A stretch of 64,000 bases of DNA from an uncultured Ignavibacteria bacterium (lineage in GTDB: Bacteria; Bacteroidota; Ignavibacteria; Tepidaquicellales; Tepidaquicellaceae). Below are positions 18,644-28,618 of the stretch, piece after piece. The notes below the pieces were generated by a model, which saw only the letters and a program-made list of their open reading frames with translations, did no database searches and was not told the origin of the DNA. Within the stretch, counting starts at the first letter, position 1, and each line of letters opens with the position of its first letter. Location of the stretch: contig CAWDWP010000018.1 of assembly GCA_963806045.1 (NCBI GenBank), positions 2,068 through 66,067 of the forward strand, in the 5' to 3' direction. The translations under genes and the position numbers were made by a program.

Positions 18644-19561
18644 TTAATTTATAAACTTTGCAATTCTGTTCCACCTAATTGTACCAACTAATTTGAAGAA
18701 ATCAGAGAACGGAATATTTGCATCCCAGGACCAATATATTATGAATGCCTCTCCTACAACATTTTCCATAGGCATAAATCCCCAGAAACGACTATCAAGG
18801 GAGTTGTTTCTATTGTCACCCATCATCCAGAGATAATCACGTTTAACGGTGTATTCTCCGTTTTGAAGAATGTTACCATCAACCTGAATCTTTTTATCCG
18901 GAGTTAATTTAATATCACTACCTTCTTTAACCACAAACATTCTCCACTGCTCAAAATTCAGTGAATCAATTTTTATTTTATCACCTTTTTTTGGGATACG
19001 AAGCGGTCCATAATTATCTTCATTCCATCCTGAACCTTTTGGGAATATTCTGGGATTCGTTACGTTTGGAGGAAGAGTCGTGCTAAGAAATCTGGATTCC
19101 GGAGGGTTCGGAAATACTTTACCGTTATTATAAAGTTGTTTGTTTATAACCTGTATTGTATCTCCCGGAAGACCGACACAACGTTTGATATAATTTAAAA
19201 CTTCCTTGGATTCCTTTTCGTCTCTGTCACCGGGAAAATCAAATACGATAATATCACCCAGTTTTGGATTTTTGAAACCGGGTAACTTAAAATAGGGAAG
19301 CCGAATATCAGTAAATGGAATATTTCGCGGAGAAGTAGCACCATAAGTAAACTTAGTAACTAGTAGAAAGTCACCTACGAGCAGAGTGTTTTCCATCGAG
19401 CCTGTGGGAATCCGATAGGCTTCAAATAATAAAATTTTAATAAAAAATGCCACAACTGCAGCCCATATAAGCGCATCAAAATATTCCCGTGGCTTAGATT
19501 TTTTCTTGCCGGGTTTTGAATTGATGCTTTTATTTTCGTTATCTTTCTTAAGTAAACTCAA
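18644..19561 (-). CDS. lepB: Signal peptidase I
   Basis: It has an N-terminal TM segment, 'IPTGSMENTL' (catalytic Ser), 'KRCVGLPGD' (Lys box) and 'GDNRNNSLDSRFWG'. Confidence 0.9.
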   Translation of the reverse strand: MSLLKKDNENKSINSKPGKKKSKPREYFDALIWAAVVAFFIKILLFEAYRIPTGSMENTLLVGDFLLVTKFTYGATSPRNIPFTDIRLPYFKLPGFKNPKLGDIIVFDFPGDRDEKESKEVLNYIKRCVGLPGDTIQVINKQLYNNGKVFPNPPESRFLSTTLPPNVTNPRIFPKGSGWNEDNYGPLRIPKKGDKIKIDSLNFEQWRMFVVKEGSDIKLTPDKKIQVDGNILQNGEYTVKRDYLWMMGDNRNNSLDSRFWGFMPMENVVGEAFIIYWSWDANIPFSDFFKLVGTIRWNRIAKFIN

Positions 19562-19590
19562 AATATATTTTATTTAATTAATAATTCTAA

Positions 19591-21390
19591 TTATTTTTCA
19601 ATTGAAAGTACAGCTAAAAATGCTTCCTGCGGGATTTCAACAGAACCCACTTGTTTCATACGCTTTTTTCCTTCTTTTTGTTTCTCAAGTAGTTTTCGTT
19701 TCCGGGAAATATCGCCACCATAACATTTTGCGATTACGTTCTTTCGCAAAGCACTAATGGATTCGCGCGCAATGACTTTAGAACCTATAGCTGCCTGGAT
19801 TGCAATTTCGAACATCTGTCTGTGAATGAGCTTACGAAGCTTTTCACATAACTTCCTTCCCCAGTAATATGAATTTTCTCGGTGAATGATTGTTGAGAGT
19901 GCATCAACAGGTTCCGAATTTAACAGGATATCAAGTTTTACCAAATCTGATTTTCTATAATCTATCAAATCATAATCAAAAGAAGCATATCCTTTCGAGA
20001 TTGATTTGAGTTTGTCATAAAAATCAAATATTATTTCAGCTAATGGAAATTCAAAATTCAAATCAACCCGTTTGGTATCGATGTAATGAGTAGTTTTATA
20101 AATACCTCGCCGATCCTGAGTGAGTTTCATTATGTTGCCAATAAATTCAACAGGAGTAATTATCTGTGCTTTAATATAAGGTTCTTCTACATGGTCAATT
20201 CTGACCTGGTCAGGCATCAGTGCAGGATTATCAACGACTATAACATCACCATTTGTAAGATATACATTATATTCAACATTTGGTACTGTTGTAATAATTG
20301 ATAAATCATATTCACGCTGAAGGCGTTCCTGGACAATTTCAAGATGAAGCAATCCAAGGAAACCGCATCTAAAACCGAAACCAAGTGCAACTGAAGTCTC
20401 CGGTTCATATTTTAAAGCTGCATCATTGAGTTTGAGTTTAGCTAGAGAGTCACGAAGCATTTCAAAATCATTTGTTGCTATCGGATAAATTCCGCTGAAG
20501 ACCATTGGTTTTATTTCCTTATAACCCGGGAGAGGTTCCAGTGCAGAATTATTGGAATTTATAATTGTGTCACCTACTTTTGAATCATTAACATCTTTGA
20601 TATTCGCAATTAAATATCCAACATCTCCTGAATGTAGTTCTTTTGTTCTTAGTCTTTCCATTTTAAGAACACCAACTTCTTCCGCCTGAAACTGTTTACC
20701 ACTAGCAAAAAACTGAATTTTATCACCTTCTTTTAAGGTTCCTTCTGCAATTCTTAGATAAACAACGACACCTCGGTATACATCAAAAATTGAATCGAAT
20801 ATTAATGCTCTGAGTGGCTTTTCATCTTCTACTTTTGGCGGAGGAATTTTTTCGACGATAGCTTCAAGTACTTCATCAATACCAATACCGGCTTTAGCAC
20901 TAACCGCGAGTATATCTTCTTTTTTTCCTCCAATCAGTTCAATTATCTGTTCTTTTACATCATCTATCATTGCACTTTGTAAATCAATTTTATTTAATAC
21001 GGGAATGATTTCCAGTCCCTGATCAATTGCTAAATAGAGATTGCTGATAGTCTGTGCTTCAATCCCCTGTGTTGCATCAACAACGAGTAAAGCTCCTTCA
21101 CAGGCGGCTAGTGAACGTGAAACTTCGTATGTGAAATCCACATGACCTGGAGTATCAATCAGGTTAAGAATAAATTCTTCACCTGATTTTGCTGTATAAT
21201 TCATTTGAATTGCATGGAGTTTGATTGTTATGCCGCGTTCTTGCTCAAGTTCCATATCATCCAGAACTTGTTTGGTCATATTCCTGGATTCAATGGTTCC
21301 GGTTCTTTCTAAAAATCTATCAGCAAGTGTCGATTTACCATGATCAATATGTGCAATAATGCAAAAATTTCTTATCTTTTTTTGTCGCAA
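19591..21390 (-). CDS. lepA: Translation elongation factor 4
   Basis: '[20 protein letters not shown]', 'DTPGHVDF' and 'NKIDL' are present. Length is 599 aa, with the conserved lepA-lepB pairing. Confidence 0.95.
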   Translation of the reverse strand: MRQKKIRNFCIIAHIDHGKSTLADRFLERTGTIESRNMTKQVLDDMELEQERGITIKLHAIQMNYTAKSGEEFILNLIDTPGHVDFTYEVSRSLAACEGALLVVDATQGIEAQTISNLYLAIDQGLEIIPVLNKIDLQSAMIDDVKEQIIELIGGKKEDILAVSAKAGIGIDEVLEAIVEKIPPPKVEDEKPLRALIFDSIFDVYRGVVVYLRIAEGTLKEGDKIQFFASGKQFQAEEVGVLKMERLRTKELHSGDVGYLIANIKDVNDSKVGDTIINSNNSALEPLPGYKEIKPMVFSGIYPIATNDFEMLRDSLAKLKLNDAALKYEPETSVALGFGFRCGFLGLLHLEIVQERLQREYDLSIITTVPNVEYNVYLTNGDVIVVDNPALMPDQVRIDHVEEPYIKAQIITPVEFIGNIMKLTQDRRGIYKTTHYIDTKRVDLNFEFPLAEIIFDFYDKLKSISKGYASFDYDLIDYRKSDLVKLDILLNSEPVDALSTIIHRENSYYWGRKLCEKLRKLIHRQMFEIAIQAAIGSKVIARESISALRKNVIAKCYGGDISRKRKLLEKQKEGKKRMKQVGSVEIPQEAFLAVLSIEK

Positions 21391-21418
21391 TTTCTGTTCT
21401 TATTTCTAAATATAAGAA

Positions 21419-21465
21419 AGTGAATTCTATATGTTTCTTAAATATGAGAAGATATAGAATTCACT
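21419..21465 (-). terminator. Hairpin downstream of the histone-like gene (candidate terminator)
   Basis: There is a 14-bp perfect inverted repeat, agtgaattctatat ... atatagaattcact, with a 19-nt loop. A moderately T-rich tract follows on the minus strand. Confidence 0.45.
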
Positions 21466-21492
21466 CAGTTTAAGGAAAAAACTTTTTAATTT

Positions 21493-21684
21493 TTATTTGC
21501 CTTCAGCTTTCCTTGTGGCTCTGATTTCCTGAATTTCTTTTCGGAAATCTGCAGCTATTTTCCTGACTTCATTTAAGTCTTTTCTTAATCTGGTCGCAGC
21601 TGCATTTACTCCTTTATCGTAAAATTTTTCCAGATCTTTTTTCATTCCTTCAAGTACGTTTAAGATTTGATTGTATTTTTCCAT
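21493..21684 (-). CDS. Histone H1-like (Hc1-family) small basic nucleoid protein
   Basis: It is 63 aa. '...DLEKFYDKGVNAAATRLRKDLNEVRKIAADFRKEIQEIR' matches the 'KGNKAAGTRxRK' pattern of bacterial histone H1-like proteins. Confidence 0.7.
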   Translation of the reverse strand: MEKYNQILNVLEGMKKDLEKFYDKGVNAAATRLRKDLNEVRKIAADFRKEIQEIRATRKAEGK

Positions 21685-21726
21685 TATGTCTCCTTTAATA
21701 ATAAGTTTATAAAAATATTTATTAAA

Positions 21727-22098
21727 TTACACTGTTTTTCCTACAAATGGTATTGAAAAAATTATTACAAAACCCCAGGTTAAAAAAGCAATGCCTATCA
21801 GAATAAGCGAGGAAAAGATAGTGAGATTTAACCATGGTTTCAATTTGTAATCTCTAAAAATGCCCCAAACTCCGTTTAATCCGTGATACAAACCAAGTGT
21901 TATAAAACTTAAATCTATTATTCGGTACCACGAAAATTGCATTCTGATTAACACCGCTCCGTATGTATGTCCTGATTCCGGTTGATAATGCATAAGTATA
22001 TAATGTCCAATCATCAGAACAACCAAAGCTAAACCGCTGATTCTTTGCAAAACCCAGCTTTTTGACCCTGATTCCTTTGAACTGTTAAATCTGAACAT
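21727..22098 (-). CDS. sdhD: Succinate dehydrogenase/fumarate reductase hydrophobic anchor subunit (SdhD-like)
   Basis: It has three predicted TM helices, 'LQRISGLALV' and 'YHGLNGVWGI', and lies directly after the SdhC-like gene. Confidence 0.65.
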   Translation of the reverse strand: MFRFNSSKESGSKSWVLQRISGLALVVLMIGHYILMHYQPESGHTYGAVLIRMQFSWYRIIDLSFITLGLYHGLNGVWGIFRDYKLKPWLNLTIFSSLILIGIAFLTWGFVIIFSIPFVGKTV

Positions 22099-22110
22099 AG
22101 AACTTAATTA

Positions 22111-22533
22111 TTATTTGAAAATCTTTAAAATTTCATGAGAAAACATTACGAATCCCATTGCGAAAAATAATATTACCGCTGCTACCCATGAAAACCTATA
22201 AAGCTGTTTATGGTATCTTGCTCCATCAGCCCAATCTACTATTACAATTCTTATTCCATTGAATGAATGAAAAAGTACGAATGCAAACAATATCCATTCA
22301 ATAAACATAAAAAAAGGAGTAGAATAGGTAGCCATTTTCTGATTGAAAGCAATTTCACCTTTTGTTAATGGACTCAACGAGTAAATATGAAGAAATATAT
22401 ATCCTATCAAAGCAATTCCGCTAATTCGATGGTATATCCAAGCCCAACTTCCGCTATCTTTTCGGTAAGATAAGTTTTCTTTTACCCATTGTTTCTGGTC
22501 AAAAGTCTTAATCTTAAACGTTGATTCCGGCAT
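22111..22533 (-). CDS. sdhC: Succinate dehydrogenase cytochrome b subunit (SdhC-like)
   Basis: It has three TM helices and 'YHRISGIALIGYIFLHI' and 'FHSFNGIRIV' (heme-ligand His context). Confidence 0.7.
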   Translation of the reverse strand: MPESTFKIKTFDQKQWVKENLSYRKDSGSWAWIYHRISGIALIGYIFLHIYSLSPLTKGEIAFNQKMATYSTPFFMFIEWILFAFVLFHSFNGIRIVIVDWADGARYHKQLYRFSWVAAVILFFAMGFVMFSHEILKIFK

Positions 22534-22689
22534 TAAAAAGCTCTTTATTTTAAAAAAATTACTGTAAAAAATATGTATTTATTTTATTATTAACAACTTA
22601 ATCATTTTTACCACTTTTTAAGCATATTTTGAGTATTAAATTTTTATTCGAAAAGGTTTTTACTATTTTGTCTGTAATATTACAATAAA

Positions 22690-23211
22690 ATGAATTATTT
22701 AGATTTAGTCTATAGCGCACTATTCATTATGTGTCTCAGGATAATTGACGTTTCAATTGGGACAATCAGAACACTTTTTACAGTTCAGGGCAGAAGATTT
22801 CAAGCGGGAGCTTTAGGTTTTGTGGAAGTAACAATATGGGTATTCGCTATTCGACATATAATGCTGAATTTAGATAATATCTTTAATATTTTTGGATATT
22901 CAACAGGTTTTGCTTTAGGTACAATTATCGGGATTACTCTTGAACAGAAATTGGGAACAGGTTTTGTTCAAATTTATGTAATTTCGATGTATTTCGCTGA
23001 TAAAATTGCGGAAGAGTTAAGAAAAAATAATATTGGAGTGACAATTTTACCCGGAGAAGGAACCCGGGGAGGAGTTGCAATTCTTCTTATTATAATTATT
23101 AGAAAAAGACAGAAAGAGTTGGTAAAGCTAATAGAAAACATAGATCAGAAAGCTTTTATTTCAATTCAATCTGCTTTACCATACAGAGGTTACATCCATC
23201 CTAAAGATTGA
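22690..23211 (+). CDS. UPF0316-family membrane protein (DUF5698 + DUF2179, YebE-like)
   Basis: 'RIIDVSIGTIRTLFTVQGRR' precedes three TM segments and a soluble C-terminal domain. Confidence 0.65.
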   Translation: MNYLDLVYSALFIMCLRIIDVSIGTIRTLFTVQGRRFQAGALGFVEVTIWVFAIRHIMLNLDNIFNIFGYSTGFALGTIIGITLEQKLGTGFVQIYVISMYFADKIAEELRKNNIGVTILPGEGTRGGVAILLIIIIRKRQKELVKLIENIDQKAFISIQSALPYRGYIHPKD

Positions 23212-23212
23212 T

Positions 23213-23536
23213 TCAAATCTTTGTAAACATTGTAAGAAGCATTTCAAACCTTTCAATAGCAAAAAGAGAATGTGGTTTATTTGCAGGCATTAATATTAAA
23301 TCTCCTGTTTCCAGGACATACGAAACACCTTGAATTTTCACATCAGCTTTACCATCAATTAGCTGGACCATGGCATCAAAAGGAGCAGTATGTTCGCTGA
23401 GGTTTTGCCCTTCGTCAAATGCAAAAAATGTAACAGTTCCCGCAGTCCCCTTATATATGGTTTTGCTCACAACAGCATCATTTTGATACTCAGCTAAATT
23501 TTTTAACTTAAGGATTTTTTCGCTAATATTATCCAT
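23213..23536 (-). CDS. Cupin-domain protein
   Basis: It is 107 aa with 'FAFDEGQNLSEHTAP...GDLILMPANKPHSL', a cupin beta-barrel pattern. Confidence 0.7.
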   Translation of the reverse strand: MDNISEKILKLKNLAEYQNDAVVSKTIYKGTAGTVTFFAFDEGQNLSEHTAPFDAMVQLIDGKADVKIQGVSYVLETGDLILMPANKPHSLFAIERFEMLLTMFTKI

Positions 23537-24458
23537 CTCGGGTTTTAAGATTTTTAGAACTTATTAAAGATATAATAACTGAAATAAAAATTAAACTTGC
23601 AACTACAATAAGTGATAGTGCAATAGGTATATTATAAATATCCGCAATAAGCATTTTCATTCCAATAAAGAACAGCACTAATGCCAGACCATATTTAAGA
23701 TATTTAAACTTATCCATTAAGTTTGCGAGTGCAAAATAAAGTGACCTCAATCCCAATATCGCAAATGCATTCGAAGTGAATACGATAAATGGATCTTGAG
23801 TTATAGATAAAATTGCTGGGATGGAATCTAATGCAAACACTAAATCCGTTGTCTCGATTATGATTAAAACGATAAATAACGGTGTAGCATACTTTTTGGC
23901 ATTTTCAGTCACAAAAAATTTATCTTTTACATATGAATCTTTAACGGGAAAATATTTTCGGAAGAGTTTGACAACAGGATTTTTATCAGGTTCGACCACA
24001 TCATTCTTAGAAAAAAACATTTTAATACTCGTTATAATCAGGAATAATCCAAATATATATAAAATCCAATGGAACTGAGAAACTAATGCAGTACCCAATC
24101 CAATTAATACAGCCCTCATTATTATTGCACCAACAATTCCCCAAAAGAGCACTTTGTGTTGATACCTTTTCGGTACATTAAAGAAACCAAACAGAAGAAT
24201 AAAAATAAAAATATTGTCTACGGATAGGGAATACTCCAGGAGATAACCGGTTAGGAACTCCATCCCTTTTTGATTACCCATATAACTAAAGACACCAAAA
24301 TTGAAGATAAGTGCCAACGTTATCCATACTGCACTAAACAAAAGTGCCTCTTTGTAACCTATGATATGCGATTTTTTATTGAAAACACCTAAATCAATCG
24401 TAAGCATAGTAATCAAAAACACAAGAAATAGAACCCAATGAACGTAAGTAATTTCCAT
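23529..24458 (-). CDS. TerC-family integral membrane protein
   Basis: It has about 9 TM segments plus 'EYSLSVDNIFIF' and 'TDLVFALDSIPA', the duplicated TerC motifs. Confidence 0.85.
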   Translation of the reverse strand: MEITYVHWVLFLVFLITMLTIDLGVFNKKSHIIGYKEALLFSAVWITLALIFNFGVFSYMGNQKGMEFLTGYLLEYSLSVDNIFIFILLFGFFNVPKRYQHKVLFWGIVGAIIMRAVLIGLGTALVSQFHWILYIFGLFLIITSIKMFFSKNDVVEPDKNPVVKLFRKYFPVKDSYVKDKFFVTENAKKYATPLFIVLIIIETTDLVFALDSIPAILSITQDPFIVFTSNAFAILGLRSLYFALANLMDKFKYLKYGLALVLFFIGMKMLIADIYNIPIALSLIVVASLIFISVIISLISSKNLKTRDG

Positions 24459-24464
24459 ATTAGT

Positions 24465-25175
24465 TTACAAATCCCCCTTCATAGGTCTGATAACGACGTC
24501 TTCAATTAATACTTTTTTTGGTTGGTTAAATACATCAAGTACAATTTGAGCAATATCCGAAGGTAACATCATTCTGTTATGATATTTTTGAATAGACTTT
24601 CTGTCCCACATAGGGGTTTCAACTGCACCCGGAAGAATATTACTCACTTTAATATTATATCTTCTAACTTCTTTTCTCAAACAATTTGATAATGCCAGTG
24701 TACCGGCTTTTGATGCAGCATAAGCTGAACTGTTTGTGAAGACTGATTTAGCTGAAACAGAAAGTATATTAATTATATGTCCTTTTCTGAGTTTAATCAT
24801 AAAAGGAAGAACAGCCTTAATGCATAAAAATGTTCCTCTTAAATTTGTGCTGATGATATTATCGAAGTCGAAAACCTTAGTATCAAGAAATGATTTAAAA
24901 ACTGTCACTCCTGCATTATTAATTAAAGCGTCTATTTTTCCATATTTTTCTCTGATTCTTTTTGCAGTACTTTGAACACTTCTTTCCGAAGAAACATTGC
25001 ATACAAAAGCAGTTGCTTCTCTACCGGCAAATTTAATTTCACTTGCGATAGCAGCTAATCTTGATTTGCGTCTTGCCGAGATAACAACTATGTGTCCTGC
25101 CTTAGAAATTGCATTTGCTATTTCCTTACCGATACCTGTGGAAGCGCCTGTAATCCAGACTACTTTTTGTAGCAT
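24465..25175 (-). CDS. Short-chain dehydrogenase/reductase
   Basis: 'ITGASTGIGKE', 'NNAG' and 'YAASKAG' are present. Confidence 0.85.
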   Translation of the reverse strand: MLQKVVWITGASTGIGKEIANAISKAGHIVVISARRKSRLAAIASEIKFAGREATAFVCNVSSERSVQSTAKRIREKYGKIDALINNAGVTVFKSFLDTKVFDFDNIISTNLRGTFLCIKAVLPFMIKLRKGHIINILSVSAKSVFTNSSAYAASKAGTLALSNCLRKEVRRYNIKVSNILPGAVETPMWDRKSIQKYHNRMMLPSDIAQIVLDVFNQPKKVLIEDVVIRPMKGDL

Positions 25176-25202
25176 TATGAGTACGTTTATTTTATAAAAC
25201 CT

Positions 25203-26774
25203 TTATCTCTTATATTCTCCCCATACACTGCGTAAGGAATTCGAAATTTCCCCAATTGTTGCATAGTTTTCTACTGCTTCAAGTAAATAGGGGAGCATAT
25301 TATCTCTGGTTTTTGCTTTTTTCTTAATATTGTCTAATAACTCATTCACTTTCAAATTATCCCTGGTGTTTCTAAGTGTTTTTAGCTTTCGTATCTGGAT
25401 ATTTCTGATTTCATCATCAATCTTAAGAAGATTTTGAGGAATACCTTCCTCTGTCGCAAATTTGTTCACACCAACTATTATTTTTTCTTCTTTTTCGATA
25501 TCCACTTGATACTTATATGCATTATTTTCTATTTCACTCATTTGAAATCCGGATTCGAGTGCTTTCAGACCTCCTCCCATTTCTTCAATTTTACTCAGAT
25601 ATTCCCAGACTTTTGTTTCTATCTGTTCAGTAAGATATTCAATAATATAAGATCCTCCTAATGCATCTACGGTATCTGCAACACCGCTTTCATAAGCAAT
25701 GACTTGCTGAGTTCTTAAGGCTGTTTGAACCGATTGTTCAGTTGGCAATGATAATGCTTCATCTTTGCTATTTGTATGCAATGACTGACAACCCCCTAAA
25801 ACAGCAGCAAGAGCCTGAATAGTTACTCTAACAACATTATTATCAATCTGTTTATCAGCAAGAGTTGAACCGGCAGTTTGAGCATGAAATCGTAACTTCA
25901 TACTTGCTGCATCTTTTGCTCCGAACTGTTCTTTCATTATCTTTGCCCAGATTTTTCTTGCGGCTCTGTATTTTGCAATTTCTTCAAGAAAATTATTATG
26001 AGCATTAAAAAAGAAAGACAATCTCTTAGCAAATTTGTCAACATCGAGTCCGGCCTTGATTGCGGCATTTACATATTCAATTCCGTCTGATAGAGTGAAT
26101 GCAACTTCCTGAACCGCATTTGAGCCTGCTTCGCGAATATGATATCCGCTTATTGAAATCGTATTCCATGAAGGAAGATTTTCGCTGCACCAGGCAAATA
26201 TATCTGTAATCAGTCTCATTGATTCCACGGGTGGATATATATATGTTCCTCTCGCGATATATTCTTTCAATATGTCGTTTTGTATAGTTCCGGAAAGTTT
26301 AGTCAAATCTGCATTTTGTTTTTTAGCAATGGCAACGTACATCATTAACAAAAGGGAAGCAGTCGCGTTTATGGTCATAGATGTTGTTACATCTTTGAGC
26401 TGTATTCCATCAAATAAGGTCTCTAAATCTTTCAGTGAATCAATTGCGACACCCACTTTCCCGACCTCGCCTTCACTCATCGGGTCATCGCTGTCATAAC
26501 CAATTTGTGTGGGTAAATCAAAAGCAACCGATAATCCTGTTGTTCCGTTTGCAATCAGATATTTATATCTTTTATTGGATTCTTCAGCTGTTGCAAAACC
26601 GGCATATTGTCTCATAGTCCAGAACTTTGAGCGGTACATTGATGTATGAACTCCTCTTGTGAATGGGTATTCATCGGGAGCTTGTTGTGTTTTGGATACT
26701 GTTAAAAAATCAGGAATAATAATTTCCGAATCAGTTTTAAAAGTCTCTTTGCGTAATTTAATCTTTTTTTCCAA
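25203..26774 (-). CDS. Acyl-CoA (methylmalonyl-CoA-type) mutase, large catalytic subunit without B12-binding domain
   Basis: It has '[37 protein letters not shown]' and '[17 protein letters not shown]'. At 523 aa it ends before the cobalamin-binding domain. Confidence 0.9.
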   Translation of the reverse strand: MEKKIKLRKETFKTDSEIIIPDFLTVSKTQQAPDEYPFTRGVHTSMYRSKFWTMRQYAGFATAEESNKRYKYLIANGTTGLSVAFDLPTQIGYDSDDPMSEGEVGKVGVAIDSLKDLETLFDGIQLKDVTTSMTINATASLLLMMYVAIAKKQNADLTKLSGTIQNDILKEYIARGTYIYPPVESMRLITDIFAWCSENLPSWNTISISGYHIREAGSNAVQEVAFTLSDGIEYVNAAIKAGLDVDKFAKRLSFFFNAHNNFLEEIAKYRAARKIWAKIMKEQFGAKDAASMKLRFHAQTAGSTLADKQIDNNVVRVTIQALAAVLGGCQSLHTNSKDEALSLPTEQSVQTALRTQQVIAYESGVADTVDALGGSYIIEYLTEQIETKVWEYLSKIEEMGGGLKALESGFQMSEIENNAYKYQVDIEKEEKIIVGVNKFATEEGIPQNLLKIDDEIRNIQIRKLKTLRNTRDNLKVNELLDNIKKKAKTRDNMLPYLLEAVENYATIGEISNSLRSVWGEYKR

Positions 26775-26804
26775 TTTAATAATCCCGTCTAATATTTTAA
26801 TAAT

Positions 26805-27164
26805 TTATTTTTTGTTACTGCTTTCTGTTAATTGTTTGTAAAATTTCTTCGAAGACACTGTGTAAAATCCCTGATCTTTTAATACTATCTGCCAATTATT
26901 ATTTTCAAAATAGTCGGGTTTTTTCACTAAGGTAATGGTCAGTAGAGTATCATTTTCGGCTTTTACTGTATAATCGGTTTCGAACGCATCTATACCTAAA
27001 GAATCATCCCACTTGAAGTATATCTTGTCGTCAGAGAATCCAACAGTTTGTTTTTCATTTCCATTTTGATATGTGTAAACTTTTCCGATGAAACTGGTCT
27101 TTTGTTTTGAACATGATGAAAATATCAACACAGATGCAAGAAGTATAAATAAAATGTTTTTCAT
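26805..27164 (-). CDS. Small lipoprotein, function unknown
   Basis: The only recognisable feature is a lipobox, 'LIFSSC'. Confidence 0.5.
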   Translation of the reverse strand: MKNILFILLASVLIFSSCSKQKTSFIGKVYTYQNGNEKQTVGFSDDKIYFKWDDSLGIDAFETDYTVKAENDTLLTITLVKKPDYFENNNWQIVLKDQGFYTVSSKKFYKQLTESSNKK

Positions 27165-27196
27165 AATTTTTTTACGATTTAATTTTCAGATAAAAT

Positions 27197-27946
27197 TTAC
27201 ATAACCATTCCGCCATCAACGCACAAAACCTGGCCGGTTATATAATCAGCTTTGGAAGATGCAAAAAAAGTAACAATCCCTGCAACTTCTAAAGGATTTG
27301 TAGCTCGCCTCAGGGGAATTACATTAAGAAATGCATTTCTTTGTTCCTCAGTCAGAACTGCTGTCATGTCAGTTTCAACAAAACCGGGAGCTATGCAATT
27401 CACTGTAATATTTCTGCCTGCAAATTCTTTTGCTACGGATTTTGATAAACCGATTAATCCGGCTTTTGATGCTGCATAATTTGCCTGTCCGGCATTTCCA
27501 ATGACACCTACAACAGAAGAAATGTTTACAATTTTGCCGGAACGCTGTTTTGCCATTATAGGAGTTATAGCTTTAATCGTATTGAAAGCACCTTTCAGAT
27601 TTACTTTAATAACCACATCCCAGTCATCTTCTGTCATTCTCATTAAAAGTTTATCCCTTGTTATTCCGGCATTATTAACAAGTATATCTATTCTTCCAAA
27701 CTCTTTTACAATTTCTTCACAGACTTTTTTTGTCTCATCAATGTTAGTAATATCCAATTCCCTCCCAAAAACTTTTCCGTCGGACGATTCAATATTTTTT
27801 ACATATTCCGGAAAATCAGCCGGGAATACTTTATCTAATATTACCACTATTGCTCCTTCATTCAGGAAATCAGTGGCAATTGCTCTGCCTATACCTCTTC
27901 CACCTCCGGTAACCAAAGCAATTTTATCTTTTAATAATTTTTCCAT
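27197..27946 (-). CDS. fabG: 3-oxoacyl-[ACP] reductase
   Basis: 'VTGGGRGIGRAIA', 'NNAGITRD' and 'YAASKAGLIGLSKS' are present, and the gene lies in a fab cluster with fabD. Confidence 0.9.
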   Translation of the reverse strand: MEKLLKDKIALVTGGGRGIGRAIATDFLNEGAIVVILDKVFPADFPEYVKNIESSDGKVFGRELDITNIDETKKVCEEIVKEFGRIDILVNNAGITRDKLLMRMTEDDWDVVIKVNLKGAFNTIKAITPIMAKQRSGKIVNISSVVGVIGNAGQANYAASKAGLIGLSKSVAKEFAGRNITVNCIAPGFVETDMTAVLTEEQRNAFLNVIPLRRATNPLEVAGIVTFFASSKADYITGQVLCVDGGMVM

Positions 27947-27950
27947 TTTT

Positions 27951-28610
27951 TTATCTTTTATTGGTTAATTCGTGTTCAAAATCCGGAATATCAATTTGAT
28001 ATTTCTTTTTGTAATTCTGCATGTAGTAATTATTCAGGAAATGAAATCCTTCCATCCCTAATATGAATTTTATTTCCTCATGCATTGCTTCAAACACAGG
28101 CTGTGTAAAGTTTTCAGGATGATTAACACCGCAATAATCTAATTCCTGTGAATGTTCCTCATCATACGTAAGAGTATTTTCAACAATGGTTAGTGGATAA
28201 AGTATACAGTGCAGCGGTTTAATCTGCCATTTATGCCAGTTATTTTTAACCGCCATTACCTGAATTGAACAATAGTTATTGTCGTCTTTAAAAACACATT
28301 GTGACTTGTCGGCAGAATTAGTGTAAACTTCTGTTCCAATAGCATAACCTGAGGGAAAATCCTTATCTTCCACTGTTTCATTGTCAAACCATTTAGATGT
28401 ATCTTTTATTTGAGAAGGTGTCATAATTTCCTTTATATCATCTTCGTGCTCCATTATAACATCTTTATAATTTTTATCCATATAAACGCCCCAGTCGCAG
28501 CATTGTCCTTCGCAAATTCCAACGTCACATCCGTGGACAAAACCTTGTGTAAAAATAATTGGGTCAATCATTAAACCATTATATTCGAGCGGAAATTTTT
28601 TTTCTTGCAT
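27951..28610 (-). CDS. Cys-rich hypothetical protein (DUF3109-like), candidate metal/Fe-S binding
   Basis: The Cys clusters are 'HGCDVGICEGQCCDWG', 'CVFKDDNNYCSIQ', 'HCILYPL' and 'DYCGV'. It is inserted between fabD and fabG. Confidence 0.5.
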   Translation of the reverse strand: MQEKKFPLEYNGLMIDPIIFTQGFVHGCDVGICEGQCCDWGVYMDKNYKDVIMEHEDDIKEIMTPSQIKDTSKWFDNETVEDKDFPSGYAIGTEVYTNSADKSQCVFKDDNNYCSIQVMAVKNNWHKWQIKPLHCILYPLTIVENTLTYDEEHSQELDYCGVNHPENFTQPVFEAMHEEIKFILGMEGFHFLNNYYMQNYKKKYQIDIPDFEHELTNKR

Positions 28611-28618
28611 TTATTTTG

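Noticed and set aside
24459-24464. I looked for a yybP-ykoY (Mn2+) riboswitch upstream of the TerC-family gene.
   Set aside because: Only 6 nt separate terC from the upstream SDR gene, so there is no room for a leader RNA.
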